Positions 1-12,566 are shown, numbered from the stretch's first letter. The stretch is DNA of 64,000 bases from Octopus vulgaris (GCA_951406725.2 OX597832.1:40176001-40240000); one strand, 5' to 3'. Made by a program: numbers and translations. Notes: generated from the sequence alone by a model not told the origin.

Positions 1-66
1 AGATGGGATTTTCACAATTAGGAACACCTCTATGAGACATAATTGGTCCGGCTGTTAGTTATCACT

Positions 67-139
<73 letters not shown>

Positions 140-1118
140 CAAAGAAATCAGCTATGGTTTGACCTGGGGAGAGATGGACTCCTCTAATATAATGCCCTGT
201 GCTACAATGACATCAAGAATTGAAAACCCAAGAGAGGAAGATGTATAGATGTATGTATGTATGTATGTAAGTATGTATGTAGGTAGGTAGGTAGGTAGGT
301 AGGCAGAGAGGCAGATGGAAAAGTAGGTGAAGATGTAGAAAGGACAGTGGGCAATGCTCAGAGCAGTGTTCCCGTAACTACTTGGTAACACACACCATAT
401 TGTCAGCTGACATTTATTAGAAATATTTCCTCACAATAAACAAATTGGAGATTGATTTTTTTTCTATATGCCTTCCATCTTCAATGGCTGTTTTTCCCCT
501 CCCTTCCTATTATCCCTCATCTGACTCATATATTGTTATTTTAAATGGCATCCCAGATTGTGTCAGGCTTAGCTAGCTTAAAACCTTACTGAGAAACTAT
601 GCCACATGGTTTCTCTTGGAACCACTAGGTAGGCTTCACTCACTGCTCCTGAATTCATTCATTTATTTTAAGTTTCGTGACCTTTTTACTCTCACATATT
701 TAATCTGGTTAAAGGAACCTCACCATATTTTACAGATCTATTGTCTACAGCCACCCACTGTGAGACATGTTTGTACAATTGATTGGTTAAATAAAGGTCA
801 GGATATCTAAGATGCTGTGGACATCATCTGTTGGATGTTGTCATGGGGAAATAGATCTAGCAGTGTGGCTGAACTGTTGACAGATATTCTTTTCTACTCT
901 AAGCATGAGGCCTGAAATTTGGAGTGTGTGAGGCAGTTGATTAGATCAACCCCAGTGTGCAACTGGTACTTAATTTATCGACCTCCCCCCAAAAGGATGA
1001 AAGGCAAAGTCGACCTCAGCGGAATAACTATTGGTAGATATTAAGAGCTGACTGTAGTAGTTGTGGTGGTGGTGGTGGCTGCCTCCTCCTCCTGTATAGT
1101 TGTTGCTTTTATCATTAT

Positions 1119-1475
1119 ATCCGAACGTGGCCATAGCCAGCACCGCATCGACTGGCCTCTGTGCTGGTGGCACGTAACAAACACCATCCGATCGTGGCCG
1201 TTGCCAGCCTCGCCTGGCCTCCGTGCTGGTGGCACGTAACAAACACCATCCGAGCGTGGCCGTTCGCCAGCCTCATCTGGCACCTGTGCCGGTGGCACAT
1301 AAAAAGCACCCACTACACTCACAGAGTGGTTGGCGTTAGGAAGGGCAACCAGCTGTAGAAACACCGCCAGATCAGACTGGAGCTTGGTGCAGCCTCCTGG
1401 CTTCCCAGACCCCAGTTGAACTGTCCAACCCATGCTAGCATGGAAAACAGACGTTAAATGATGATGATGATGATC
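1119..1475 (+). mobile_element. RTE 3'UTR-type element (family D) with three ~60-bp internal repeats and (GAT)n tail
   Basis: GTGGTTGGCGTTAGGAAGGGCA..AGCTGTAGAAAC...CCCATGCTAGCATGGAAA..GACGTTAAATGATGATG. Other copies at 3235-3477(+), 18799-19100(-), 53862-54210(-), 55179-55356(-), 57084-57392(+) and 57416-57532(-). Confidence 0.85.
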
Positions 1476-1811
1476 ATTGTTGTTGTTCTAATTATTGTCA
1501 TCATCTGATGACAGCAGCAGTGTCATTGCTGTCATCTTTATCATTCCTGTTACCATTGCCAACATTTTCATCATTGTTGGTGAGGTTGTCATCAGCATCA
1601 TTTCTATTGTTGTTGTCATTGTCTCTCCTTTCCTGTTAATATTCTCATTACTGTTGTCATCGTCATCATCATCATCATCATCATTACCATTGTCATTGCC
1701 TTGCTATCATCATCGTCATATCACTTTAAGATGTATTGTTCCATGCTTATGTGGGTTTCACAGGTTTACAATTTTTTTCTAATTGTATTTAATTACAGTA
1801 TTACAGTAATT

Positions 1812-2097
1812 GTGGAGGCGCAATGGCCCAGTGGTTAGGGCAGCGGACTCGCGGTCGCAGGATCGCGGTTTCGATTCCCAGACTGGACGTTGTGAGTGTT
1901 TATTGAGCGAAAACACTTAAAAGCTCCACGAGGCTCCGGCAGGGGGTGGTGATCCCTGCTGTACTCTTTCACCACTCTTTCTTCTGTTGGCCTGCTCGCT
2001 TAGCCAGCGGGGTGGCGTCATTCAAAGGCTAAATCAATGTGAAGCGCATTGTGACCAGCGATGTGTAACAACATCTGATGGTCTGGTCGGTCACATG
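1812..2097 (+). mobile_element. tRNA-derived SINE family C, full length
   Basis: A box TGGCCCAGTGG, B box GGTTTCGATTCCC; 12-bp TSD ATTACAGTAATT at 1800-1811 and 2098-2109. Partial second copy at ~44260-44372. Confidence 0.85.
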
Positions 2098-2848
2098 ATT
2101 ACAGTAATTATAGGCTAGTGAAGGAAGAGGAAGAGATAGCCAATGCAGAAAATAGCTGTAATATGCTGGGGGAATTGATGCCATTGATATCACGAGACTT
2201 GATGCGCTTGCTTTAGGATGTAATTTAATTTGATGATCAACCAGTCTTTACTGGGGATGCTTAACTTGTATTGATCTGATGAAGTATTTAGATATCCCAA
2301 TACCACCACCCCACCACCACTAGCACTTTCATCGTATCCCATACCCCTATCGCTAAACCTAGCACCACCACCACCACTTCCCACAAACACACACACAAAC
2401 ACCCAACACTACTACTGCCACTACCATCTGGACATCTCAGCACCACCCCACGATCACCATCTAAACCACCAATACCCTCACTACCACCATACCCTTTATC
2501 ATATAGCATGGTGTGTTGGTGAATGTATTGATATTTGTGTGTGTGTGTGTGTTTGTGTGGTGATATTTGTGCATGCGTGTGTGTGTGTGCATGTGTGTTG
2601 CTATATGTATGTGTTCGATGGCATGCGTGTTTGTTGGTTTGTGGTATGTGTATTGTTGTTCTCTTAGATTCGATATTTCTATGCTGTACGTCTCACAGAC
2701 TTAATTCCACCCCCCACTTCCCTTAAGGATCAATTCTGTACAGCACTACTCTCCGCACTCCCCCCCTCATTACCCCACAGTCCTCTAGTCTGTCCCTCCT
2801 CCCTTAATCCCCACCCTCTCTTCATGGATCACTCCTGCATCACAACTT

Positions 2849-2925
<77 letters not shown>

Positions 2926-3071
2926 CTTTTTATCCCCACTTTTTTTTCCCATGGATCACAGTCTTTGTCTCTCATCTTCTCTGCTATCGTCAAATCCATT
3001 TATGGATTAATTCCACCATATTACATCATCAATGTCATAATCAGAACTTTTTACTTTTCTTATATTTTCCA

Positions 3072-3108
<37 letters not shown>

Positions 3109-3639
3109 TCTCTATTTGTTTCTTTCTAATCTTGGTATCTTTTTTTTTTTCTTGTTGATCTTCCTACTGTCGCAGTTGTATCTGTCATACTTTGGTTGTT
3201 ACTCGGCTTGGTAGCTATTCTTGTAATTGTTGCAGGCACGTAAAAAGCACCAACCGATCATGGCCGTTGCCAGCCTCCCCCTGGCACCTGTGCCGTTCCC
3301 ACGTAAAAATCACCCACTACACTCACGGAGTGGTTGGCGTTAGGAAGGGAATCCAGCTGTAGAAATACTGCCAGATCAGACTGGAGCCTGGTGCAGCCTC
3401 CTGGCTTCCCAGACCCCGGTCGAACCGTCCAACCCATGCTAACATGGAAAAAGGACGTTAAACGACGATGATGATGTTGTGGTTATGGGTATAGATACTG
3501 TTGTTGTTGTTTTTTTGCCCCCCCCCACCTCCCTGTTACACAAGTCAATCTATAATCAAAGGTATTGACCCCTCACCACCACCACCACTGCTCACAATTT
3601 CTTTCTTCAGACCCAGTATATCAATGTCTTGACTCTTAT

Positions 3640-3740
3640 GTTACCCAATGAGACCTTCCTCTTTATAAAGCGGCAGAGTGTAATTCGAGGAAAAGTTTGG
3701 TTGCTATTTCTAACAGGTCGAGCAGTTACGTGTAGGTTCC
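3640..3740 (+). repeat. Ancient dispersed repeat with core GATTTGGYTGCTATTTCTAGCAGGT
   Basis: Degenerate core recurs at ~3695, 4975(rc), 9180, 20550, 21250(rc), 21440(rc), 29495(rc), 29985, 31430, 43230, 43620 and 61300(rc). Confidence 0.6.
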
Positions 3741-4734
3741 CATCATCGAACTACTGCTGTGGTTGTTGTTGTTGCTGTCACTTCTTCTCTCTTTGTTGTT
3801 TGGATCCAACCAATAACCGTGTGTCTCTGAAATTTCCGTCTCTGCCGAAGATCTGATTGGTTTGATGCAACTTGTGCAGTGTAAAGAACACTTGCTATTA
3901 CCACCACAACTAATGTCTACAACCACCAACACCACCACCAGCAACACCACTACAACCACCACCACCACCACCATCAGCATCATCGTCAAGACCAACCACC
4001 CTCTCTTTTGCCATCATCACTGCCACTACTACTCACCACCCACATCAAGTTTATCGATCGATTATTTTCCTCTATTGCTGTTCTTCCTTCGTTATTTTGT
4101 TTTTATTTTTCTCTCTCTCCTTTCTTTCTTCACCTAAGCATTGTTCTCTCTCTCTCTCTCTCTCCTTCTTCCGGTTTTTCTCTCCCACTCATTCTCTCTA
4201 CATTTCTCTCTTTCTCACCTATGACCACTGCCTTCTCTCTCTCTCTCATTGGTGACTCGTTTGTCCGCCTCTTTCTCACCACCTTTCTCTTCCACCCGTG
4301 TATACTCTACACACCCCTTTTTATTTTCGCCTTTATGTCCTTCCTTCCTTCCTTCCCTTCTCTCTCTGTCTCACACTTCCTCTCTCTCTGTCTCTCTCAT
4401 TACAACTCTGGTTATTGAATGGCAACACAGTATTGCCAACAACGGTACAAAACGGCAGCTGCAACTAAATGGTGCCTGTCCTGCGTCAGCACAGCTGTAC
4501 ATAGGATTTGTTGGATTTCGGGCAGTAAGGAGTTACACAACAACATGAGGTAGTACCAACTTTGGGGGCTTTCCCCCTTCTCTTTTCCTATCTTTCTCTC
4601 TCTTTCCTCCTCTCTCTCCTTCTCGAATATATATTTTTCTTGCTCTCCTTTTATTTATATTTGGTTGTCGAAAGGGTTCTAATAAGGGCAGAAGTAGGTT
4701 TATATGTGTACACAAATTCTCACATCCACACATA

Positions 4735-4768
<34 letters not shown>

Positions 4769-4769
<1 letters not shown>

Positions 4770-4867
4770 CTTTATTTAAAGCAGCAGAAAATTCAACAAA
4801 ACCTACTCTACCACTGGTATTTGAGTACTCTTTTTTCCACCTTGTTTCACATTTATGTGTTTACTCC

Positions 4868-4869
<2 letters not shown>
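4769..4869. mobile_element. Collapsed copy of the same (TA)n-embedded element (ends only)
   Basis: Begins ACTTTATTTAAAGCAGCAGAAAATTCAACAAAA like 63867, then joins TACTCTACCACTGG, similar to the TACTCTTCCTCTGA flank at ~8199. (TA)n on both sides. Confidence 0.6.
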
Positions 4870-4910
<41 letters not shown>

Positions 4911-5331
4911 GCTTGAGCCAGATAGGGAGTATCTGTTTAAGTCATTGAGGGAGTCTCTACATGATCAATTGACTTGCTAGAAATAGCCACCAAATTACAC
5001 GCTACTGTCTTGGTGTTGCTTCGAGTATACAAACAGGCAAGATAGTCCGGACCAAAATGGTCTGCTTCACTTATGTCAACCCGGGGTTAAATAATGTTAA
5101 TCTATGTACTTACATGCCTACATATACTTATTGCGAACATAAATGCTGTCATTACCCTGGTGAGTGGTCTGTGGTGTTGATATAACAGTCTCGCAGAAAG
5201 GGATAGATATCCGATTTGTTATTTCCACTGGGACCTGTTGCTCTCTTCTGGCCCATTCTGATACTTATATCGTCAAATTATATATAGACACAACACACAC
5301 ACACACACACACACCCTCACACACACACACA

Positions 5332-5659
5332 GTTGTGTGGTAAGACACTTGCTTCCCAGTCACATGGTTCCGGGTTCAGTTCCACTGCATGGCACCTTGG
5401 GCAAGTGTCTTCTACTATAGCCTCAGGCCGACCAAAGCCTTGTGAGGGGATTTGGTGGATGGAAACTGAAAGAAGCCCATCGTATATGTGTGTGTGTGTG
5501 TCTGTGTTTGTCCCCCACCACTGCTTGACAACTGGTGTTGGTGTGTTTACATCCCTGTAACTTAGCGGTTCGGCAAAAGAGATTGACTGAAATGACTGAA
5601 ACAGGTAAAAGATAAATGGTATAGATATGTGTGTGTGTATTTGTGTGTGTGTGTGTGTA

Positions 5660-5694
<35 letters not shown>

Positions 5695-6350
5695 GTGTGT
5701 GTGTGTGCAGGTGTGTGTGTGTGTGTGTGTAAGTCACAGGCATAGCTGTGTGGTTAAGAAGATTGCTTTGCAGCCATGTGATTTTGGGTTCGTTCCTTCT
5801 GTGTGGTACTGTGAGCAAGTGTCAGCCTACTGTAGGCCCCAAGTAAACCAAAATCTTGTGAGTGAAATTTGTTGACAGAAACTGAATAAGGGCTCATCAT
5901 TTGTGTGGTGTGTGTGTGTGTGTTTCTTGCCCCTTCGTGTCTTGAAAGTGTTTACACGGAATGTAGAATGATGTCACATAGGCAATGTCATTACGTTTGC
6001 TATAAATACATGTTTGCTCCCAACCACGTGATTCCAGGTTCAGTCCCATTGCACAGCACCTTGGGCAAGTGTCTTCTACTATAGCTCCAGGCCAACAAAA
6101 GTCTTGCGAGTGGATTTGGTAGACGGAAACTGAAAGAAGCTGGTGGTGTATGTGTGTCTCCTCGTCTTGACATCACATGATTGTTTTAATTATTCTATGA
6201 AATCATATCTGGCCATGGAGGAAATATTGCTTTACTTGTAAATTAGGTAAATGTTGGTGATAGGAAGGGCACCCTGCCAAAAACATTGCCTCAATAAATT
6301 TTGTTGGGCCCATGCATGTATCAGAAAGTAGACGGTAAAATGAAGATAAT
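5332..6350 (+). mobile_element. Three successive SINE A-type copies (~5332-5615, ~5737-5900, ~6010-6350)
   Basis: Repeated B box / CCTTGGGCAAGTGTCTTCTACTATAG / GGAAACTGAAAGAAG blocks with differing decay. Confidence 0.75.
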
Positions 6351-7291
6351 CTCAATCTCTCTCTCTCTGTCTATCTGTCTCTCTCTCTATTTGTCTCTCT
6401 CTCTCTCTCTATCTCTCTCTCACTCACTCTCTCATACACACTCACACATTGTTATTCTTTCACATAGATATGGACACACAATCATAAACATACACATTGT
6501 ATCATGTTCATGTACACATCTACTCTTACTCTCTTTTACACAACATAGACAATCGTCTGTACTCTCTCTCTCTCTCTCTCTCTCAGACACACACACACAC
6601 ACACCTTTCACTGTTTTTTATGTATGCACACACAAACACACCCAAGCTTTATATCAGCTGTTCCGCTTCATACCATACCAAAACCTCAGTTGTTCTTGAG
6701 TTAAAGAAGCCTTTTGTCGGTTGTTGGACATGCTAAAAACAGCAACCAAGTTCTCCTCAAATCACACCCTGCCATTTAAAAGAAAAAAAAAAATTAACGG
6801 TATTTTGGATAAGTGATTCAGAATACCTCAAATAGGGTAGCCATGACTGGACTGCTTTGGTCATAGGTCTGTTGGCTCAGAGTTGGCCTGGAGTCAAACA
6901 ACAATGACCTCAGATATTTAAATATTAAATTGTCCTTTTAAACAACTCTTAACGATTATATCAATTTTTTCCCATGGGATTTATCTGGCGCTGTGTATAG
7001 GGGTCCTGCCACCCTCTCCACACCCAACTAACCCATACACTATAAAAGAAGGCTCTCTGGTTTTTTTTTTTTTATCTTTCACTTGTTTCAATCATTGGAC
7101 TGCGGCCATGCTGGGGTACCGACTTGAATGGTTTTGTCGAGCAAATCGACCTCGGTACTTATGCTGTTAAGCCTGGTAACCTTTTCAATCTCTTTTTGCT
7201 GAACTGCTAATTTACAGGGCTGTAAACAAACCGACACTGGTTGTAAAGTGGTGGTGGTGGGGGGACAAACACAAACACAAACTATATATAT

Positions 7292-7482
7292 ATAGTTCAA
7301 ATTTACAGAAAACAAAAGACAAAGACAGGTGAGGGAATAACCAGCAGGTGTATTAGTTTGATGCTCAGGAGTAAATGGGAAAATCTTTGATGTTTTGAGT
7401 TTTGAGCCTGGCTCTTCAACAGAAAGGATTGAGAGGGGGGGGGGAACAGAGAGAGAAAAAAGTGTGTAGGGATTAACAGTTC
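7292..7482 (-). mobile_element. Degenerate relative of the 18021 element
   Basis: Minus strand CUUU-CUGUUGA-A-GAGC(CAG)GCUC-AAAA...AAAG; shares GCTCAGGA context with the 18021 copy. Confidence 0.5.
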
Positions 7483-8005
7483 AGTGTATGTATATATATA
7501 TATATAATAAGTATTTGAGGGAATATTAATCCTAACTTACAGGGAAAAATTCAATTTAGAAATACTAAATCAAATTTCACACAATATAATATATATATAT
7601 ATATATATAAATTTGAAAAAAACACCTTTTATCAATTCAAAATGAACAATTAAATTACATATAATAGAAATATTAAAATTAAAATGACAATGATTAAGTA
7701 AATTGCCAAAAAAAATAATAATAAAAATGTATATATTTGGTATTTATATATATATATATATATATATTATTTTTTATATGTTTTTAATATGTTTCACTGT
7801 TGAACAAAAGACGTAGATAATACATTAATTGCGAAATCACAGGTGATCTGGAACTAAATTCTGTTTTTAAATGTCTTGCTTCGAGATCTGCATTCGGTAC
7901 GATTCGTTTATTTTTGGTAGTAATGACTTTGAAAGTCCCCCCTAGCGTGTGGCATTGATGTGTAATAATGCCCTCTATATAATATAAATATATATATATA
8001 TATAT

Positions 8006-8213
8006 ACTTTATTTAAAAGCAGCAGAAAATATAACAAATATATACTCAGAGTTTCACGTTCCCGTTCATCGGACAGTTTTGTTAAAATAGAGCTGAAATA
8101 ATGATGGTTCTATTTGAACAAAACTGTCCAATGAACGGGAAAGTGAAACTCTGAGTAATGGCTTCTGATATTTTCTTCTGCTTTTAAATAAAGCATATTA
8201 CTCTTCCTCTGAG
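8006..8213. mobile_element. Penelope-like fold-back fragment with degenerate hammerheads
   Basis: Inverted arms ~8007-8092 / 8107-8193. Minus arm reads CUGU-CCGAUGA-ACG(GGAA)CGU-GAAA-CUCUGAG-UA. Starts in a (TA)n tract. Confidence 0.65.
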
Positions 8214-8371
8214 TTTTTTGGGTCACAGTTTATGTAAATTTTGAGTTCCTAAGGGAAATAAGTTTATGGAAAGAGTGTATAAGCCATCATATGACCACTG
8301 CGTGTGTATGTGTGTGTTAGTAGTCTTATAGCAACTGTGTCTATTTTTGTCAATTTATATACATTGTTATT

Positions 8372-8775
8372 TTTACTCTTTTACTTGTTTCAGTCATTTG
8401 ACTATGGCCATGCTGGAGCACCGCCTTTTTAGTCAAGCAAATCGACCCTAGAACTTATTCTTTGTATGCCTAGTACTTATTCTATCGGTCTCTTTAACCG
8501 AACCGCTAAGTTACAGGGGCGTAAACACACCAGCATCGGTTGTCAAGCGATGTTGGGGGGACAAACACAGACTCACAAACGCATACACACACACACACAT
8601 ATATATGTATATATATACACGATGGGCTTCTTTCAATTTCCGTCTACTAAATCCACTTACAAGGCTTTGGTTGGCCCGAGGCTATAGTAGAAGACACTTG
8701 CCCAAGGTGCCACGCAGTGGGACTGAACCCGGAACCATGTGGTTCATAAGCAAGCTACTTAGCACACAGTTACTG
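8372..8775 (-). mobile_element. SINE family A, near full length
   Basis: Reverse complement of the 45121 copy. Confidence 0.9.
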
Positions 8776-8777
8776 TG

Positions 8778-8824
<47 letters not shown>

Positions 8825-9399
8825 TATTTGTGTTAAATATGTGTGTATGTATGTGTGTGTGTGTGTATATATATAAAATACAAAATAGGACAAGAACGCA
8901 AAACATCCGGACAGTTAGGTGATACAAAAATGGGACAACAAAACATCCAGATGGACGATACAAAGACAGCAAGGATGTGTCATTTGAAGTTTCTTTCCTC
9001 AGTCGAGTTCCAGATTATTGAAATTCCGTCTGTCCATCTGGGACCCCTGTATCTCGTCTACATTTGCTCTACATAAACATATTATTGCCTTTTTGGAATC
9101 AGGATGATCTCAGGATTGAAAATCTGCCCTTCATTTGGTTTTTGAACATCCAGCATTGGGATCTGATTTAAAAGCTTTTGGGTTGCTATTTCTAGCAGGT
9201 AAAGCTTGGCTGTTTCATGCCATCTTGGTTGGCGTTTGTCAGAGGATGTCAGAGATCAAGGGGGAGATAAATGACATACACTTCGTTAATTTTATGTGGA
9301 GATAAGTACTTTGGGACAAATTCGCCAACAGTTGGAATTCAACTTGAGACTGGAAGAATAGAATGATTTCATTACAGAATGCGTTCCTCAAGTCACTAT

Positions 9400-9750
9400 T
9401 GGATGCCCTCCTTGCAGACTCCCCAGAAGGTAATATTCAGCAGGAACAGGATTCTCTCAGGGACAAAATCCAAGAACTGTATTCAGGGCCTTTGGGTGGA
9501 GGCAAAGAATGACACAGGACTGGTTTGAGGTGAGTGTGAAAGAAAGCCATCAGCCCATCCCGGAGCAAGATAGCTCCACTCCAATCCTGAACAGGGGAGG
9601 TCATCAAAGGCAAAAGAGAGCAGTTGGAGAGATGGGTGGAACATTACACCAAACTTTATGCCAAGGAAACTCATCTTGGACAGCACACTATACCCTGTGG
9701 AACATTTACCCGTCATGGAGGACTTAGACATGTTACCAACTGAGCAGGGT
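9400..9750 (+). mobile_element. Decayed RTE-type LINE ORF fragment (EN-RT linker)
   Basis: Broken translation AFGWRQRMTQDWFE / KKAISPSRSKIAPLQS*TGEVIKGKREQLERWVEHYTKLY / LPVMEDLDMLPTEQ resembles the RTE linker. Confidence 0.7.
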
Positions 9751-9782
9751 CATTGATATATATATATATATATATATTGGTA

Positions 9783-10094
9783 TCGCTAAGCACTCCGTCA
9801 GTTATGATGACGAGGGTCCCAGCTGATATGATCAACAGAACAGCTTGCTCCTGAAATTAACGTGCTAGTGGCTGAGCACCCCTTAGACACATGTACCCTT
9901 AATGTAGTTCTCAGGAAGATTCAGCGTGACACAGAGTGTGACAAGGCTGGCCCTTTGAAATACAGGTACTACTCATCTTTGCCAGCTGAGTGAACTGTGG
10001 CAATGTGAAATAAAGTGTCAGGACACAACACGTTACTGGGAATTGAACTTATGATCTTACGATTGTGAGCCGAATGCCCTACCAACTAAGCCAT
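9783..10094 (-). mobile_element. tRNA-derived SINE family G
   Basis: Minus-strand head ATGGCTTAGTTGGTAGGGCATTCGGCTCACAATCGTAAGATCATAAGTTCAATTCCC (A/B boxes), then a ~250-nt body. Confidence 0.75.
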
Positions 10095-10299
10095 ATATAA
10101 ATGGAACAAAAACACAATAGAGGGCACTAAAACATAAGGACAGATAAACAACACAAAGAAGGGCAGGTAAAAAAAGACAGGTCATTCTTGGCTTTCTTTC
10201 TTCAGTCAAGTACCAGAAGTCACAACCATTTCGGACAGTTACACTTATATATGTATGTATGTATATATATGTATGTATATGTATATGTATATGTATGGG

Positions 10300-12406
10300 T
10301 AGGGGGTATGTGGAATTGCTGCAGAAAGCAGCCCGGGTCTTTGTAGTCACAGCATATCTCCAGAGATCTCGGTCCTTCGCCATTGCCTCAGTGAGGCCCA
10401 ATGCTCTGAGGTCATGCTTGACCACCTCATCCCATGTCTTCCTGGGTCTACCTCTCCCCCTGATACCTTCAACTGTTTGGGAGTGGCACTTCTTCACACA
10501 TCTCTCTTCATCCATCCGCAGCACATGACCATACCATCGCAAGCGTCGCTCTTGCACACCACATCTGATGCTTCTTATATCCAGCATTTCTCTCAGGATA
10601 CTTACACTCTGTTTTGCGTGCACACTGACACTACACATCCAGCGGATCATGCTAGCTTCATTTCTTTCAAGTCTACGCATGTCTTCTGCAGTCACAGCCC
10701 ATGTTTCATTACCGTGAAGCATGGCAGTTCGCACACATGCATCATACAATCTACCTTTTGCTCTGAGGGAGAGACCTTTTGTTGCCAGTAGGGGTAGGAG
10801 CTTTCTGAACTTTGCCCAGGCTATTCGTATTCTAGTGGTGATACTCTCTGTGCATCCACCTCCGCTACTAACTTGGTCTCCCAGGTAGCGGAAACTATCA
10901 ACTACTTCTAGTTTCTCTCCCTGGAGTGTGATGGAATCTGTTTTCTGAGTGTCTGTTGTGTCTATTGTCCCTGTGCATCTGCCGCACATGAAAGCTATCT
11001 TATCTGTTAATTTCCCTTTAATGTTGCTGCACCTCTTATGTGTCCATAACTTACATTGGGTGCATCTTATGGAGTTTCTACCTGTACCTTTCCTACAGGT
11101 TGAGCAGGGCCACCTACCCGAGGGGATGTGTGCTGAGTACCTCTTGCTGCTTACTAATACTTTGGTCTTTGCTACATTTATTCTAAGGCCCTTTGATTCC
11201 AACCCTTGCTTCCACACCCGAAATTTCTCTTCTAGTTCCGGTAGTGATTCTGCTATGAGAGCTAGGTCATCGGCATAGAGGAGCTCCCAGGGGCATCCCG
11301 TTTTGAATTCCTCTGTTATTGCCTGAAGGACTATGATGAATAAAAGGGGACTGAGGGCTGAGCCCTGGTGCACACCTACTTCTATCCGGAATTCTTCACT
11401 ATATTCGTTGCCAATCCTAACCTTGCTGACAGCCTCTCTGTATAGAGCCTGTACAGCCCTTATTAGCCATTCTTCAATCTCCAGTTTCCGCATCGACCAC
11501 CAGATAAGGGAACGGGGAACCCTGTCAAAGGCTTTCTCCAAGTCTACAAAAGCTATGTAGAGGGGTTTATCTTTAGCTAGGTACTTCTCCTGCAGTTGTC
11601 GGACCAGGAATATAGCATCAGTGGTGCTTCTACCTGGTACAAAACCGAACTGCATTTCATCTAAACAAATTCTCTCCCTAATGAGATTGGTTATGACCTT
11701 CTCTGAGACCTTCATCACCTGGTCCAACAGTTTGATACCTCTGTAGTTATTTCTATCTAGAGCATCACCCTTACCCTTGTAGCAGTTGACTATGGTGCTG
11801 CTGCACCAGTCATTGGGTATGACTCCATTGTGAACTACCTGGTTTACAATGCGGGTGACTATGGCATAGCCCACATAGCCAGCTGTTTTAAGCATCTCAG
11901 CAGTGATTCCTGATAGGCCAGGGGCTTTGCCTGGTTTCATATCCTTAATTGCCTTATCTACAAGGGAGCTGTCTATTCGGGTAGCTGGTCCCTCTACTGG
12001 GTCAACATTTGGCAGGCTCTCCTCCTCCCATTCATTCTCCTCATTCAGCAGTCTTTCATAATGGCTTCTCCAAGCCTCTTTCTTTTCACTAGTAGTAAAA
12101 GCAAGTGCCCCATCATCCATGCGGACACATTTCTCTCCTATAACATCGCTATTTTCTCTGACACACTGTCTGGCAATCCGAAATACTTCAGCTCTTTGAT
12201 CCTCGCAACGCTGGACATTGGCAAACTTCTTCTTTTCTGCTACATCTTTGGCAATGTATACCTGCCGCCCAGCCTCCCTTTTGGCTATCTGGTACAGTTC
12301 CCTGCTGCCCCCATCTTCCAGGCTTTCCAGGCCCGTCTCTTTTCACAGATGACTTTATCTACTGCACTATTCCACCACCACGTAATTCAAGGTCTGGAAG
12401 GGACTT
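10300..12406 (-). mobile_element. 5'-truncated RTE-clade LINE (RT + PHD-like Zn finger), decayed
   Basis: ORF 12120->10057 has RT motifs (YRGIKLL, QFGFVPGRSTTDAIF, FVDLEKAFDRVP, GVHQGSALSPLLF, LLYADDLAL, FRYLG) and the RTE C-terminus (RRLRWYGHVLRM, RGRGRPRKTW). Upstream continuation (TWWWN...KAWK) has a 1-nt frameshift near 12313 and a TGA near 12388. No endonuclease. The last ~80 codons of the ORF read through into flanking repeats. Confidence 0.95.
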
Positions 12407-12431
12407 ATATGTATATATATGTATGTATGTG

Positions 12432-12464
<33 letters not shown>

Positions 12465-12468
12465 GTAT

Positions 12469-12520
<52 letters not shown>

Positions 12521-12525
12521 GTATG

Positions 12526-12566
<41 letters not shown>

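Noticed and set aside
1119-1312. Repeat-spacer-like pattern suggesting a CRISPR array
   Set aside because: Eukaryotic context, spacers are homologous to each other, the pattern is part of RTE tails, and there are no cas genes.
1812-1885. SINE heads as functional tRNA genes (also 45121, 10040-10094, ~48958-49015)
   Set aside because: No complete cloverleaf; most continue into SINE bodies, and the 1812 copy has a TSD.
4546-4555. TGAGGTAGTA matches the 5' end of let-7
   Set aside because: Only 10 nt match, the rest diverges, and no precursor hairpin is evident.
5143-5165. ATG CTG TCA TTA CCC TG|GTGAGT, a strong phase-2 donor
   Set aside because: Splicing to the PAK exon would create TG|A = stop; at most a uORF or non-coding exon, with no other support.
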